DNA of 64,000 bases, taken from assembly GCA_035358035.1 (NCBI GenBank), contig DAOPOS010000011.1, positions 1,477 to 65,476 of the forward strand, written 5' to 3'. The notes beneath the pieces are model-generated. The model was given only the letters and a program-made list of their open reading frames with translations, made no database searches and was not told the origin of the DNA. This document shows positions 22,177-31,664 of the stretch, piece after piece. The position numbers and the translations under genes were made by a program. This DNA is from Syntrophales bacterium. GTDB taxonomy: Bacteria > Desulfobacterota > Syntrophia > Syntrophales > UBA2251. Position 1 is the stretch's first letter, and every line of letters starts with the position of its first letter.

Positions 22177-23424
22177 TCAGACCCAGCCGCGGAGCTTCAT
22201 GGCCTCCACCACGCGCTCGACCGCGACGACGTACGCGGCCTGCCGCATGTTGATGTTGTACTTCTTGGACGTCGCGTGGACCTTGTGATACGCGGCGGTC
22301 ATCTTCCTGTCGAGACGCTTGTGCACCTCCTCCTCGTCCCAGTAGTACATGTAGAAGTTCTGGACCATTTCGAAGTAGGACACGGTCACGCCGCCGGCGT
22401 TGCACAGGAAGTCCGGAATGACATGGACGCCGTTCTTGTGGAGGATCTCGTCGGCCTCCGGCGTCGTCGGTCCGTTGGCCAGCTCGGCGATGATCTTCGC
22501 CTTGATCTTGGGGGCGTTGGCCTCGGTGATGACGTTCTCCAGGGCGGAGGGGAAGAGGATGTCCACGTCCATTTCCAGGAGCGCTTCGTTGGAGATGGCG
22601 TCCGTTTCGGGGAAGCTGCAGACGCTCGAGGTCTGGGCCTTGTGCTCGCCCACGGCCACTGGATCGAACCCGCTGTCGCAGCAGATGCCGCCCTTGGAGT
22701 CGCTGACCGCCACGATCCTGGAGCCGAACATGGACTGGGCGAGGCAGGCGGCGTAATAGCCGGCGTTGCCGTAGCCCTGGACGGCGATGGTCGCCTTGGA
22801 GAGGTCGATCCCCAGGACCTTGGCGGCCTCGCGCACGGTGTACAGACCGCCCCGGGCGGTGGCGTCGCCGCGGCCGGCGGATCCGCCGAGCGCCAGGGGC
22901 TTGCCCGTGATCACGCCGAACTGGTTCTTGCCGCAGAGCTTGGAGTACTCGTCCATCATCCAGGCCATGATCTGCGGATTGGTGTACACATCCGGAGCCG
23001 GCACGTCGTTTTCCGGGCCGATGATCCGCCAGACCTGGTCGATGTAGACACGGCTCAGGCGCTCCAGTTCGCCCTGGGACATCTCCTTCGGGTTGCAGAT
23101 GACGCCGCCCTTCCCGCCGCCCAGGGGCAGGTCGACGAGGGAGCATTTCCAGGTCATCCAGGCGGCGAGCGCCTTGACGGTGTCGATGGTTTCGTCCGGG
23201 TGGAACCGGATGCCGCCCTTCGTCGGGCCTTTGGCGTCGTTGTACTGAACGCGGAACCCCTGAAAGACCTTCACCGTGCCGTCGTCCATGCGGACCGGCA
23301 GGGAGACGTGCAATTCACGGACGGGGACCCGGAGCATGGCCTGGATGCCGGGGTCCAGGTTCAGGATCTTGGCGCACTGGTCCAACTGCTTCTGCGCCAC
23401 TGCAAAGGGATTCAATTCTGCCAT
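22177..23424 (-). CDS. gdh: glutamate dehydrogenase
   Basis: [27 protein letters not shown] and GYGNAGYY Rossmann motif. Confidence 0.9.
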   Translation of the reverse strand: MAELNPFAVAQKQLDQCAKILNLDPGIQAMLRVPVRELHVSLPVRMDDGTVKVFQGFRVQYNDAKGPTKGGIRFHPDETIDTVKALAAWMTWKCSLVDLPLGGGKGGVICNPKEMSQGELERLSRVYIDQVWRIIGPENDVPAPDVYTNPQIMAWMMDEYSKLCGKNQFGVITGKPLALGGSAGRGDATARGGLYTVREAAKVLGIDLSKATIAVQGYGNAGYYAACLAQSMFGSRIVAVSDSKGGICCDSGFDPVAVGEHKAQTSSVCSFPETDAISNEALLEMDVDILFPSALENVITEANAPKIKAKIIAELANGPTTPEADEILHKNGVHVIPDFLCNAGGVTVSYFEMVQNFYMYYWDEEEVHKRLDRKMTAAYHKVHATSKKYNINMRQAAYVVAVERVVEAMKLRGWV

Positions 23425-23489
23425 ACACTCTTCCTCCTTGAAAAAATGAATTAAATGTTCGAATCGTCGCGGTGTCCGGACGATCCGTC

Positions 23490-24557
23490 TTATCCGTCGT
23501 ATTTGATGTTCCGCTGGTCCATCAGATGCCAGAAATTCTGAAGATCGTTGAAGTCCAGCACGGTGGACATGGCCCGGTTTTCCGTCATCAGCCCGTCTTC
23601 GTGGGCGCAGGCGACGGGGTTCAGGCCGCCGACCAGGATGATGCCGACCTTGTTGGCATCGACGGGCGTCTGGCCCACGGGCTCGCCCATCTCCCCGAGG
23701 GACAAATCGCCCCGAATCCCCGCCCGCTTGAGTTTCAGGAGGAGATCCTCGGCCAGCGCCCGGCTGAGCGCGGGAATCTCCCGGAAGTTGGCCAGGATCT
23801 TTCCCTCGCCCGTCTCGATGACCCGCTTGACGGAGGTCATCCGGCCCAGGATGAAAACCTCCGAGGGATCGAGGGACGAACCGGAGTAGTAGATCAGCTC
23901 CACGAACCGCATGACCTGGCCATTCTTGACCTGGAGGATGCCCCCGAACTTGGAGTCCATCGGGATGCCGCTTTTCAAAAGCACGCCGTTGACGACGATG
24001 CTGCAGACCGTCGCGAACCCGATGCGGTCCGCAGGGACCCGCACCTCGCCCAGCCGCTGCCCCTCGTCGGCGACGGCCACGAGGTCGCTGACCGCGAGGC
24101 CGCGTCTGAAAGCCGGCGCCATGGCGGCCAGGGCCGTATCGAACTGGGACCGGGGGAAAAAGGAGACATTGACGGGCAGGACGCCGTTCATGGTCTGGGG
24201 GTTGAACGTCGTCCGGTAGGCCAGTGATTCGATCCGGGAGATGGCCAGACCGATCTTGTCCCGGACGCGGGCATCGGCCGTTTCATCGACGCCCATCTCC
24301 GTGATGAGCCGCCCGTCGCGCCGCCCGACAAGGCGGGTGAGGCCCCGTTCATCCATGAGTTTAAGGTGATACCGGACGGCCCGCTCGCTCAGCAGAACGC
24401 CGAAATCCTGCATGCGCCGCGCAATGAGACGGGCCCCCATCGGGTCCGGAGACTCCTTGAGAATGCGGAGGATGAGGAGGATCTTGCGCTCGACGTCTTC
24501 GCTGTTCGATAATGGGTTCATCGGCAAACGGCAATGTTTTGCCGTATTCCCTAACAT
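23490..24557 (-). CDS. nrpR: NrpR-type nitrogen regulator (winged HTH + DUF128 domains)
   Basis: [50 protein letters not shown] resembles methanogen NrpR. Start is either ATG 24557 or ATG 24521. Confidence 0.7.
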   Translation of the reverse strand: MLGNTAKHCRLPMNPLSNSEDVERKILLILRILKESPDPMGARLIARRMQDFGVLLSERAVRYHLKLMDERGLTRLVGRRDGRLITEMGVDETADARVRDKIGLAISRIESLAYRTTFNPQTMNGVLPVNVSFFPRSQFDTALAAMAPAFRRGLAVSDLVAVADEGQRLGEVRVPADRIGFATVCSIVVNGVLLKSGIPMDSKFGGILQVKNGQVMRFVELIYYSGSSLDPSEVFILGRMTSVKRVIETGEGKILANFREIPALSRALAEDLLLKLKRAGIRGDLSLGEMGEPVGQTPVDANKVGIILVGGLNPVACAHEDGLMTENRAMSTVLDFNDLQNFWHLMDQRNIKYDG

Positions 24558-24821
24558 GCCGAAACCGGTCTGTCAAGCGAAAAAGGGGGTGCCGGGCGAT
24601 GCAGGGATGTTCTTGAATTTCTTGCTTTTATAGATTAAACTGACCGGACGAAGATGATATCTGCATCAGAGCGGTCATGAGATTTGCCGGCCCCAGGATG
24701 ATGCTGGCGCATCCGATTCTCACGGCCAGGCACTTTTGGGACGCGCGAAGAGGCCCCGGGAGGCCCCGTGCGACAGGATAGCCTGCTCCGGGACGTCCTC
24801 GACCCGGCGAAGGGCATGGGC

Positions 24822-25319
24822 TTATGTGCCCTTGCCCGGGTTCAGCGGGCACGCGTAATTGATGCAGTTGGGACAGCCCGACCAGAGGAGATTGGAAACC
24901 CAAAACAGGATGAAGATCAGACCCAGCAGGATGCCTTCAAAAACCAGCCGATCCTGAAGGATGACCCCGACGGGGAGTCCGACCCGGAGCACATAGGCGA
25001 TCGAGGCGTATAAGATGGCAGACCCCGTGAACGGCTTTTCGCTTTTCGGGATTACACGGCAGACGAGGGAGCCTTCAAGCGGGATGGGGCAGGACCTCCC
25101 GTAATAGGCGCATCGCCGGCACGTGCCTGCAAAGAGGATAAGGTAGGATGCCACCCATAGAAGGACGTACGCGACGGAGGCCCAGAGGCCCCACTGCGCG
25201 CTGATATAGAGACCCAAGAGGAACAGTGCGATGAGGGTGAGCCGGGTGGCAAGGTTGTCCTTCCAGGAAAATTTTTCAATGGAACCCCTCCGCTTCGCCA
25301 GAGCCATTCTGAACGCCAT
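24822..25319 (-). CDS. Cys-rich polytopic membrane protein, unknown function
   Basis: Internal ATG 25319 (MAFRMALAKRRG). Four predicted helices, with CRRCAYYGRSCP and CPNCINYACP motifs. Confidence 0.45.
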   Translation of the reverse strand: MAFRMALAKRRGSIEKFSWKDNLATRLTLIALFLLGLYISAQWGLWASVAYVLLWVASYLILFAGTCRRCAYYGRSCPIPLEGSLVCRVIPKSEKPFTGSAILYASIAYVLRVGLPVGVILQDRLVFEGILLGLIFILFWVSNLLWSGCPNCINYACPLNPGKGT

Positions 25320-25647
25320 GGTGTCACCTCGTACGGATTCATTCCCCGCCCCCACCCTTTCCGTCTGCGCCGGTGTCGGAGTTGCGGGAGGTTGCCTGCC
25401 GGTGTTCATTCACGTTTTCCCCTCATGGGAACAGAGAGAACCAGAGCCGCGGCGGTGTATGATGCATACCACCCTGATCCGCGATGTCAAGGCAAAACGG
25501 GGTGCGGGCGCCGGGACAGGGCCACCCGGAAGGGAAGGGGGTGAATCGGGCAGGGCGGGCACCCTTATTGTGTCTGCAGTCTGGAAATTCATCTCTCGAA
25601 AGGGGGAAAGGGGCGGGAAACCTTCTCTGACGGATGGGTTTTATGAT

Positions 25648-25723
25648 TGGCGTCCCCACGGGGAGTCGAACCCCGGTTACCGGCGTGAAAGGCCGGTGTC
25701 CTAGGCCACTAGACGATGGGGAC
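25648..25723 (-). tRNA. tRNA-Glu (anticodon UUC), CCA encoded
   Basis: Minus strand GTCCCCATCGTCTAGTGGCCTAGGACACCGGCCTTTCACGCCGGTAACCGGGGTTCGACTCCCCGTGGGGACGCCA folds as a cloverleaf with a 7-bp acceptor stem, anticodon loop CTTTCAC and T-loop TTCGACT. Confidence 0.95.
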
Positions 25724-25765
25724 GTGGATGAACCATGCTTGGACGGGCCCTGTCAAAGGTCGGCC

Positions 25766-25795
25766 TATATAGATGGTTATCCCCCGGGATGTCAA
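25766..25795 (-). promoter_or_regulatory. putative sigma-70 promoter of tRNA-Glu (TTGACA-N18-TATATA)
   Basis: Minus strand reads TTGACATCCCGGGGGATAACCATCTATATA, about 45 nt upstream of the tRNA 5' end. Confidence 0.45.
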
Positions 25796-25802
25796 GCAGA
25801 AT

Positions 25803-27935
25803 TTACGTAAACTGCACCGGTTCCTTCAGGATGGCCTCCCGCGCGTTCCACGCCAGGGCGGCCGTTTCCGGATGCGTTTCGTGCAGGGAGGCGATCTGGC
25901 GAAGATTGTCCGCGGTGCGTAGAACGAGCATGGCCAGATCGCCCTCGCCGATGCCGGTTCGGTCGCCGATGCGGTCCCAGTCGGCACCTCGGGCCCAGTC
26001 GTAGAGGATGGAGGCCGCCCCGAAGCGCAGCGGGTGCGTTGCGAAACCGGCGGCCTCCAGGCGCGCCGCAAACGGCTGCAGCGCCCTCGCCACGCGGTTG
26101 CAGGCCGTGACCAGCCGGCGCGGCAGACGGTCCTTTTCCGGGAACGGGTCCTCGTCGCCCTCATAGACGAAGGGCGCCACCACCGCGGCGAGGAGTTTGG
26201 CGTCCTCGCGGGGAAAGGCGCCCCGCCGGAGGCATTCTGCGATGAGCAGAGGCTGATCCAGCCGGAGTTTCGAGGCCCAGACGCCGCTTTCCGTCAAGCG
26301 ATCGTCCGTGTCGACAAAGCCCTCGGCCTTCAGAAACGCCAGGTGGCAGAGAAAATCCTCCCAGAGGTCCGCCGTTGCGGTCCGCATCGGAGGGGAGGCG
26401 GTGCGCCGTCGGTCGCGGGACCGTTCCCCCGCGGCGGGAACGGCGCCGGTCCGGGATCCGCGTTTCTGCTGGAAGGCCGCGAAGGAACTGGCGAAGATCT
26501 CCCGGATATCCTCCGGTGTCTGGGAAAGCAGCAGGTTCAGGACCATGGAAAAGTCGCTCCGGATGCGGCTGTGCACGGGCTCCGCCGCCTTGAAGAGCAG
26601 GTCCCGGACATGCGTCAGATCCATGAAACGGCCGGGTATGGCGAGCAGGAATCCGATCTTGTCCTTGCCGCGCCGGCCGGCCCGCCCTGTCATCTGATGA
26701 AATTCCGTGCCGTTCATGGGGCTGAAGGCCTGGCCGTCGAACAGGTCCGAATTGAACAGGACGATGGTCCGCGCGGGAAAATTGACGCCGGCGGCGACGG
26801 TCGAGGTCGCGAAAATCGCGTCGAGGCAGCCCTGCTTCATCAGGGTCTCCACGAGAAACTTCCAGGCCGGGAGCTGGCCGCCGTGGTGAGCCGCCACCCG
26901 GGCGCCATCGAGATGCACGCGTTGCTTGTGGTTCACCAGGTAGGGAAAGCGGTCCAGGAGTTCGTCCCGGACGAGGGGAAAGGGGTCGGACGCGGCGTCA
27001 GGGGCGTGTATCCGGCAGGACTTGAGGGCTGCGTCGCATTCCGCGCGGGACTTGAGGAAAAAGATCGCCGGGGTCAGGTGAAACGTCTTCAGGACAGCCA
27101 GGATATGTCCGAAGTCCGGCCGGGAGGGACGGTGCCCGCCCCCGTGCGATCGGTGCAGATATTCGCGGACCGGGCCGTAGAGCTTCTCCCTGGCCAAGAG
27201 GGGCATGACGCGGCCCCTGGGGTGGAGGAACAGCGGATACAGGGGGACGGGGCGCCCGGTTTCGTTCACCACGGCACAGGCCTTGCCCCGGATCTTTTCC
27301 AGCCAGGCGGCGATCTCCTCCCCGTTGCTGATCGTGGCCGACAGGAGGAGGAGATGGATCCGGGCGGGGAGGTAGATCATGATCTCCTCCCAGACGACGC
27401 CCCGGTCCCGGTCCCCCAGGAAGTGGGCCTCGTCCAGTATCACGAGCTCGCAGCCCAGATCCTCGCCGGAATGCATCGCGTCGTAGAGCTGGTTTCTCAG
27501 GATCTCCGTCGTTCCGACCAGGATGGGGGCGTCCGTGTTCTCCTTGGTGTCGCCCGTGACGATGCCGACATGGTCCGCACCGAAGATCTTTCCGAACTCC
27601 ACCCACTTGGAGTTGGTCAGGGCCTTGAGGGGGGAGGTGTACCACGCGCGTCCGCCGCGCAGAAAGACCTCCCGGATGGCCTGCACGGCGATCCAGGTCT
27701 TGCCGGATCCGGTCGGGGCGGTGACCAGACAGTCCGTATGGCGGATCGCCTCGACGGCCCGGCACTGGAACGGATCCGGCACGAAGGGGGCCTCCAGCGG
27801 TTTGCCGATCCGCTGGAACACCGTCTTCAGGAGCGGGTCCGCCTCGATGGCCCGGCATTCGTTGGCGGCCTCCCGGCGGGGAGCGCGGGATTTTCTCGCC
27901 CGCCTGGCGGGGGGAGGGGTGGATTTCCGGATCAC
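25803..27935 (-). CDS. Ski2-like DEAD/DEAH-box helicase (HelY-like)
   Basis: APTGSGKT, YTSPLKALTNSK, DEAHFL, SAT and TSTVAAGVNFPART motifs. Confidence 0.8.
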   Translation of the reverse strand: MIRKSTPPPARRARKSRAPRREAANECRAIEADPLLKTVFQRIGKPLEAPFVPDPFQCRAVEAIRHTDCLVTAPTGSGKTWIAVQAIREVFLRGGRAWYTSPLKALTNSKWVEFGKIFGADHVGIVTGDTKENTDAPILVGTTEILRNQLYDAMHSGEDLGCELVILDEAHFLGDRDRGVVWEEIMIYLPARIHLLLLSATISNGEEIAAWLEKIRGKACAVVNETGRPVPLYPLFLHPRGRVMPLLAREKLYGPVREYLHRSHGGGHRPSRPDFGHILAVLKTFHLTPAIFFLKSRAECDAALKSCRIHAPDAASDPFPLVRDELLDRFPYLVNHKQRVHLDGARVAAHHGGQLPAWKFLVETLMKQGCLDAIFATSTVAAGVNFPARTIVLFNSDLFDGQAFSPMNGTEFHQMTGRAGRRGKDKIGFLLAIPGRFMDLTHVRDLLFKAAEPVHSRIRSDFSMVLNLLLSQTPEDIREIFASSFAAFQQKRGSRTGAVPAAGERSRDRRRTASPPMRTATADLWEDFLCHLAFLKAEGFVDTDDRLTESGVWASKLRLDQPLLIAECLRRGAFPREDAKLLAAVVAPFVYEGDEDPFPEKDRLPRRLVTACNRVARALQPFAARLEAAGFATHPLRFGAASILYDWARGADWDRIGDRTGIGEGDLAMLVLRTADNLRQIASLHETHPETAALAWNAREAILKEPVQFT

Positions 27936-28165
27936 TGTGGCGGGAGGTGTCCTTTCAGACGCCCGGATGCGGAGGCGATCCGCCGTGGGGAGGGCCTGCC
28001 CTCCCGCGGCGCCATCCGTCCGCGGCCGGCGATGGGATTTTCTGCGCGCAATTTTGTATCACACTCTCGCCATTTTGGGAAAGGAAAAGGGGACGATCGC
28101 GGTTGACAAACGGGGGGATTCATCATAAACGTGCACAGACTTTTCACCGGGCGAAGGAGCGAGGG

Positions 28166-29413
28166 ATGAAGCGTGAAGGGGGGCTGTACTGGGGATGGTA
28201 CGTGGTGATGGGCGCATTCCTGATTTTGGGGATCAACTACGGGTCCCGGTACTGTTTCGGCGTCTTCGTCAAGCCCATGGCCCTGGAGTACGGCTGGTCG
28301 CGTTCGGTGATTTCCCTGGGCGCCTCCCTGATGATCCTGGCCTACGGCATTGGCGGCATCCTTTCCGGCCGGCTTTTGGACCGGATGGCCCCGAAGTGGC
28401 TCATGACCCTAGGGGCGCTGGTGGTGTCCGCGGGATTCATCGCCATGGGTTACATCCGCGCACCCTGGCAGTTCTATCTCGTCTACGGGCTGATTTGCGG
28501 CGGCGGGGCGGCCTTCTTCGGCGTCGTCGTCAACAGCTCCTATGTGGGCAAGTGGTTCGTGAAAAGGCGGGGAACGGCGATCGGCATCGCCACGATCGGG
28601 ATCGGGATCGGCACGATGCTCCTGGCGCCTCTTTCCGGCTATATCGTGAAGGTCTACGGGTGGCGGATGGGATTTTCGTTCCTCGGGATCCTGATTCTCG
28701 GGATCGGCGTCCTGCTCTCCCAGGGGCTCATGGGGAAAACCAAGCCCGAGGACTACGGGCTGGCGCCGGACGGCGACCCTTCCGGCTCGCCTACGGCTTC
28801 CGCCGGAGCGACGGCGAACGCCGCACCGGTCGGATGGGTCCTGAAGGATTCCCGGTTCTGGATTCTCGCCGTCTGTTACAGCCTGGCGGTGATGGCGGAG
28901 ATGTCCGCCTTCGTGCATCAGGTCGCCTATGCCCGGGACAACCACATCGAAGAGGTGGTCGCCGCCTCCTCCCTGGGATTCATCGGCATCGGCAGCATCG
29001 GGGGGCGGTTCTTCTTCGGCTGGCTGAGCGATCACATCCCCGATGCGAAATACTCCGCCTCGCTGGGCTTCATCTTCATGGCCGCGGGGATGATTGTCCT
29101 GCTCAACACCACGTCCGCGACCCTGCTGATGGTCTACGCCCTGCTCTTCGGCTTCGGTTACGGGTCCATCGCCACCATGATGCCGTATCTTCTGGCGGAC
29201 CGTTTCGGCCGGGAGGTCCTGGGGACGGCCTATGGCATTCTGACGTTCTTCGTGGCGGGAATCGGCGGGAGCATCGGGCCGGTGCTGGGCGGCGCCCTTT
29301 ATGACCGCCTGGGCTCTTACACCTACGCGTGGCAGCTCAACCTGGTGGTCCTGATCCTGGCCGTTTTCCTGATCCTGGCGATGAAACCGCGGATCGAAAA
29401 CCCGGGACGCTGA
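28166..29413 (+). CDS. MFS transporter (oxalate/formate antiporter-like)
   Basis: Internal ATG 28166 after a GAAGGAG RBS. 12 predicted TM helices; N-terminus YGSRYCFGVFVKPM typical of OFA-type MFS. Confidence 0.75.
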   Translation: MKREGGLYWGWYVVMGAFLILGINYGSRYCFGVFVKPMALEYGWSRSVISLGASLMILAYGIGGILSGRLLDRMAPKWLMTLGALVVSAGFIAMGYIRAPWQFYLVYGLICGGGAAFFGVVVNSSYVGKWFVKRRGTAIGIATIGIGIGTMLLAPLSGYIVKVYGWRMGFSFLGILILGIGVLLSQGLMGKTKPEDYGLAPDGDPSGSPTASAGATANAAPVGWVLKDSRFWILAVCYSLAVMAEMSAFVHQVAYARDNHIEEVVAASSLGFIGIGSIGGRFFFGWLSDHIPDAKYSASLGFIFMAAGMIVLLNTTSATLLMVYALLFGFGYGSIATMMPYLLADRFGREVLGTAYGILTFFVAGIGGSIGPVLGGALYDRLGSYTYAWQLNLVVLILAVFLILAMKPRIENPGR

Positions 29414-29435
29414 AGGGGACTGACGCGTCCCCCGG

Positions 29436-30695
29436 CTAAAGATCCTCGCCCTGCTCCATGATCCAGTTCAGCCAGCGCTGCGCGTCCCGGTTGCCCAGCG
29501 CCACCGCCGCCCGCAGGTCCTGAACCGCTCCGGAGCGGTCTCCCAGCTTTTCGCGGGCGAGCCCGCGCTGGACGAACACGCCGGCCTCCTCGGCATAGTC
29601 CCGGTTCAGGTCGATCGCCTCGTCGAAATCCTTCAGGGCGAGGTTGAACTCCCCCAGCTTGAAATACGCCATCCCCCGGCTGAAGTAGGCCCCGGCATAG
29701 CGGGCGTCCTGACCAATGGCGCGCGTGAATTCCTCGATGGCGCCCTCGTAGTCGTTCCGGTAAAACAGCAGGAAAAGTCCCTTCGTCCGCGCTTCCTCAC
29801 CCGCGGAGGCGGGGGCGGACTTCGAGGCAATCCGGACCGGCTTCACGATCGCGGTTGCGGGGGGTTCCGCGGCGCCCATATCAATGTCCAGCGGCGCCTC
29901 CGCGTCCGGCTCCGCTTCGTCGTCTTCACGCCGCCGCGCGACCGGGACCGCTCCCGAAAGCCGGCGGTACACGTGGGCATAGGCGATCAGCGAGAGGGGC
30001 ACGGTGACAAAGAGGCCGATCATCAGGGCCAGCATCCCCAGGAAATTGATCCCGATGATGAGCAGGCCGAAGAGGAAAAGGTCCACCTTGGCGCCGTCGG
30101 TCACCCTGGCGCTCTCCCGGATGGCCTCCACCGGCCCCAAACCCCGGTCGACGATGAGGTAGCCGAAAAACTGGTACTTGATGGCCCAGACGACGGTCAG
30201 GGGTAGAAGGACGAGAAAGAGAACACCGAGGGCGATGGCCGCGATCAGGGTCGTGGACGGGGCCTGCGTCTTGAGGCCGGGGATCAGGATGGCGGCGACG
30301 ATGCCCAGGAGGAAGACGGGCCAGAAGCAGCGGATGCCGTACAGGATCGCCCCGAGGAGGTATTTGAAAAACAGGCGCCAGGACGAGAAGAGGTCGGCGA
30401 AGCCGTGGGGAGACCCGTCGTGGAGATTGAGGGAGATCCGGATGAATCCCATCTGCAGGATCAGATAGAGGACGGAACTCAGGAGGGAGAAGAGCAGACC
30501 GATCCCCATGAATACGAGCCCCAGGCCCCGCGCCTGTTCGTCGGCGAGGCCGCTCAACGCCTTTCCGATGCCGTCGGGGACGAGGACGATCAGAAATGCC
30601 GCCAGCAGGATCCCGACGAAGAAGAGAAAGTGGCTCTTCGTCGTGACCCAGCCGAACCGTACGGCCTCCCGCATGGAAAATCTGTCCGTTGACAT
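29436..30695 (-). CDS. polytopic membrane protein with C-terminal TPR domain
   Basis: ATG 30695 preceded by GAAGGAGG. About 6 TM helices, an acidic linker, then TPR repeats (AYFSRGMAYFKLGEFNLALKDFDEAI). Confidence 0.6.
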   Translation of the reverse strand: MSTDRFSMREAVRFGWVTTKSHFLFFVGILLAAFLIVLVPDGIGKALSGLADEQARGLGLVFMGIGLLFSLLSSVLYLILQMGFIRISLNLHDGSPHGFADLFSSWRLFFKYLLGAILYGIRCFWPVFLLGIVAAILIPGLKTQAPSTTLIAAIALGVLFLVLLPLTVVWAIKYQFFGYLIVDRGLGPVEAIRESARVTDGAKVDLFLFGLLIIGINFLGMLALMIGLFVTVPLSLIAYAHVYRRLSGAVPVARRREDDEAEPDAEAPLDIDMGAAEPPATAIVKPVRIASKSAPASAGEEARTKGLFLLFYRNDYEGAIEEFTRAIGQDARYAGAYFSRGMAYFKLGEFNLALKDFDEAIDLNRDYAEEAGVFVQRGLAREKLGDRSGAVQDLRAAVALGNRDAQRWLNWIMEQGEDL

Positions 30696-30708
30696 GGCCT
30701 CGCCTCCT

Positions 30709-31386
30709 TCAGGGAGCGGGTTCAAGAACGATCAGGGCATCCACGGCGATGGGTTTCCCCTGCGCAATGATGAGCGGGTTGATGTCGATTTCCTTGACCC
30801 GGTCGTTTTCAAGACCGATCCGGCCGACGCGGATCAGGATCTCCGTCATCGCCTCGAGATCCACCGCCGGCATGCCTCTCAGGGCGCCCAGAATCTTGTG
30901 CCCCTTGATTTCCTGCATCATCTCCAAGGCGTCGGCGCGTTCCAGCGGGGCCTTCCGGAAGGAGACGTCGCGAAGAATCTCCGTGAAGATTCCACCCAGT
31001 CCGAACATGACGCAGGGGCCGAACTGGGGATCGCGGGTCATCCCGACGACGAGCTCCCGCTGGCCCCGGATGAAGGCCTGTACGAGGACCGCGCCCCCCG
31101 TTTCCGCGAGGGCCTCCCGGAGGGTGGAGAAGGCCTGGCGCGCTTCCGCTTCGCTGCGGACATCCACGTGGATGAGGCCCTTTTCCGTTTTGTGGGCGAT
31201 GGCGGCCGCGCACCCCTTCATGACCACGGGGTAGCCGACCTGCCGGAGCGCGTCGGTCAGGTCCGCCTCCTTTTCGACCAGGACTTCCCGGGTCACGGGA
31301 ATGCCGTAGGCGGACAGAACCTGTTTGGCCTCGTATTCGGAAAGGGCAAGGCGACCGTCTCCGAGGGCCTTCTCGATGATGTTCAT
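30709..31386 (-). CDS. ADP-forming acyl-CoA synthetase beta subunit-like ATP-grasp protein
   Basis: YGIPV..., GYPVVMK and VGMTRDPQFGPCVMFGLGGIFTEILRDVSFRKAP closely match archaeal ACD beta. No alpha subunit nearby. Confidence 0.75.
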   Translation of the reverse strand: MNIIEKALGDGRLALSEYEAKQVLSAYGIPVTREVLVEKEADLTDALRQVGYPVVMKGCAAAIAHKTEKGLIHVDVRSEAEARQAFSTLREALAETGGAVLVQAFIRGQRELVVGMTRDPQFGPCVMFGLGGIFTEILRDVSFRKAPLERADALEMMQEIKGHKILGALRGMPAVDLEAMTEILIRVGRIGLENDRVKEIDINPLIIAQGKPIAVDALIVLEPAP

Positions 31387-31664
31387 GAATACCTCCCGTT
31401 TGGCGATGGACGTTGCGATGGCGGTTGCTTCTGAAAGGGTTGTGCACGAAATTGCGGGGCGCGCCGGCCCAACGGGTGCCGCGGGTGGACCCCGGTGCGA
31501 CGAAAACCCCGTCCCGTGTCGAAACGCATAACAAAAATGTGGGACAAGATCAATGGGAAAAGTTTTTTCGGTTGCATTTCTTGCCCGATGCCCTTATAGC
31601 CGGTGAGAACTCCGGATCGCCGCGCCGATCCGGGAGCGAAGAATGACGACAAGAAGGAGGGAAC

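Noticed and set aside
23425-24700. A canonical NrpR operator GGAA-N6-TTCC near nrpR or gdh.
   Set aside because: I searched both intergenic regions by eye and found no match. Only unrelated short repeats are present.
25320-25647. A 330-nt gap downstream of tRNA-Glu as a second tRNA or an ncRNA.
   Set aside because: No cloverleaf or conserved RNA motif could be folded by eye. The 195-aa ORF's N-terminal extension into this region is Pro/Thr/Gly-rich and lacks an RBS.
27947-28165. N-terminal extensions of ORFs in the track (for example 27947, 39321, 44872, 46467, 50050, 52605, 53976, 55960 and 60497).
   Set aside because: In each case an internal start with a good Shine-Dalgarno sequence coincides with the start of family-typical sequence or a signal peptide. 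The extension is Arg/Gly-rich noise or overlaps the upstream gene.
31569-31584. A sigma-54-like CGGTTGCATTTCTTGC upstream of the 31665 ligase.
   Set aside because: The GG-to-GC spacing is one nucleotide too long for a -24/-12 promoter. A TTGCAT-N17-TATAGC sigma-70-like reading is equally plausible.
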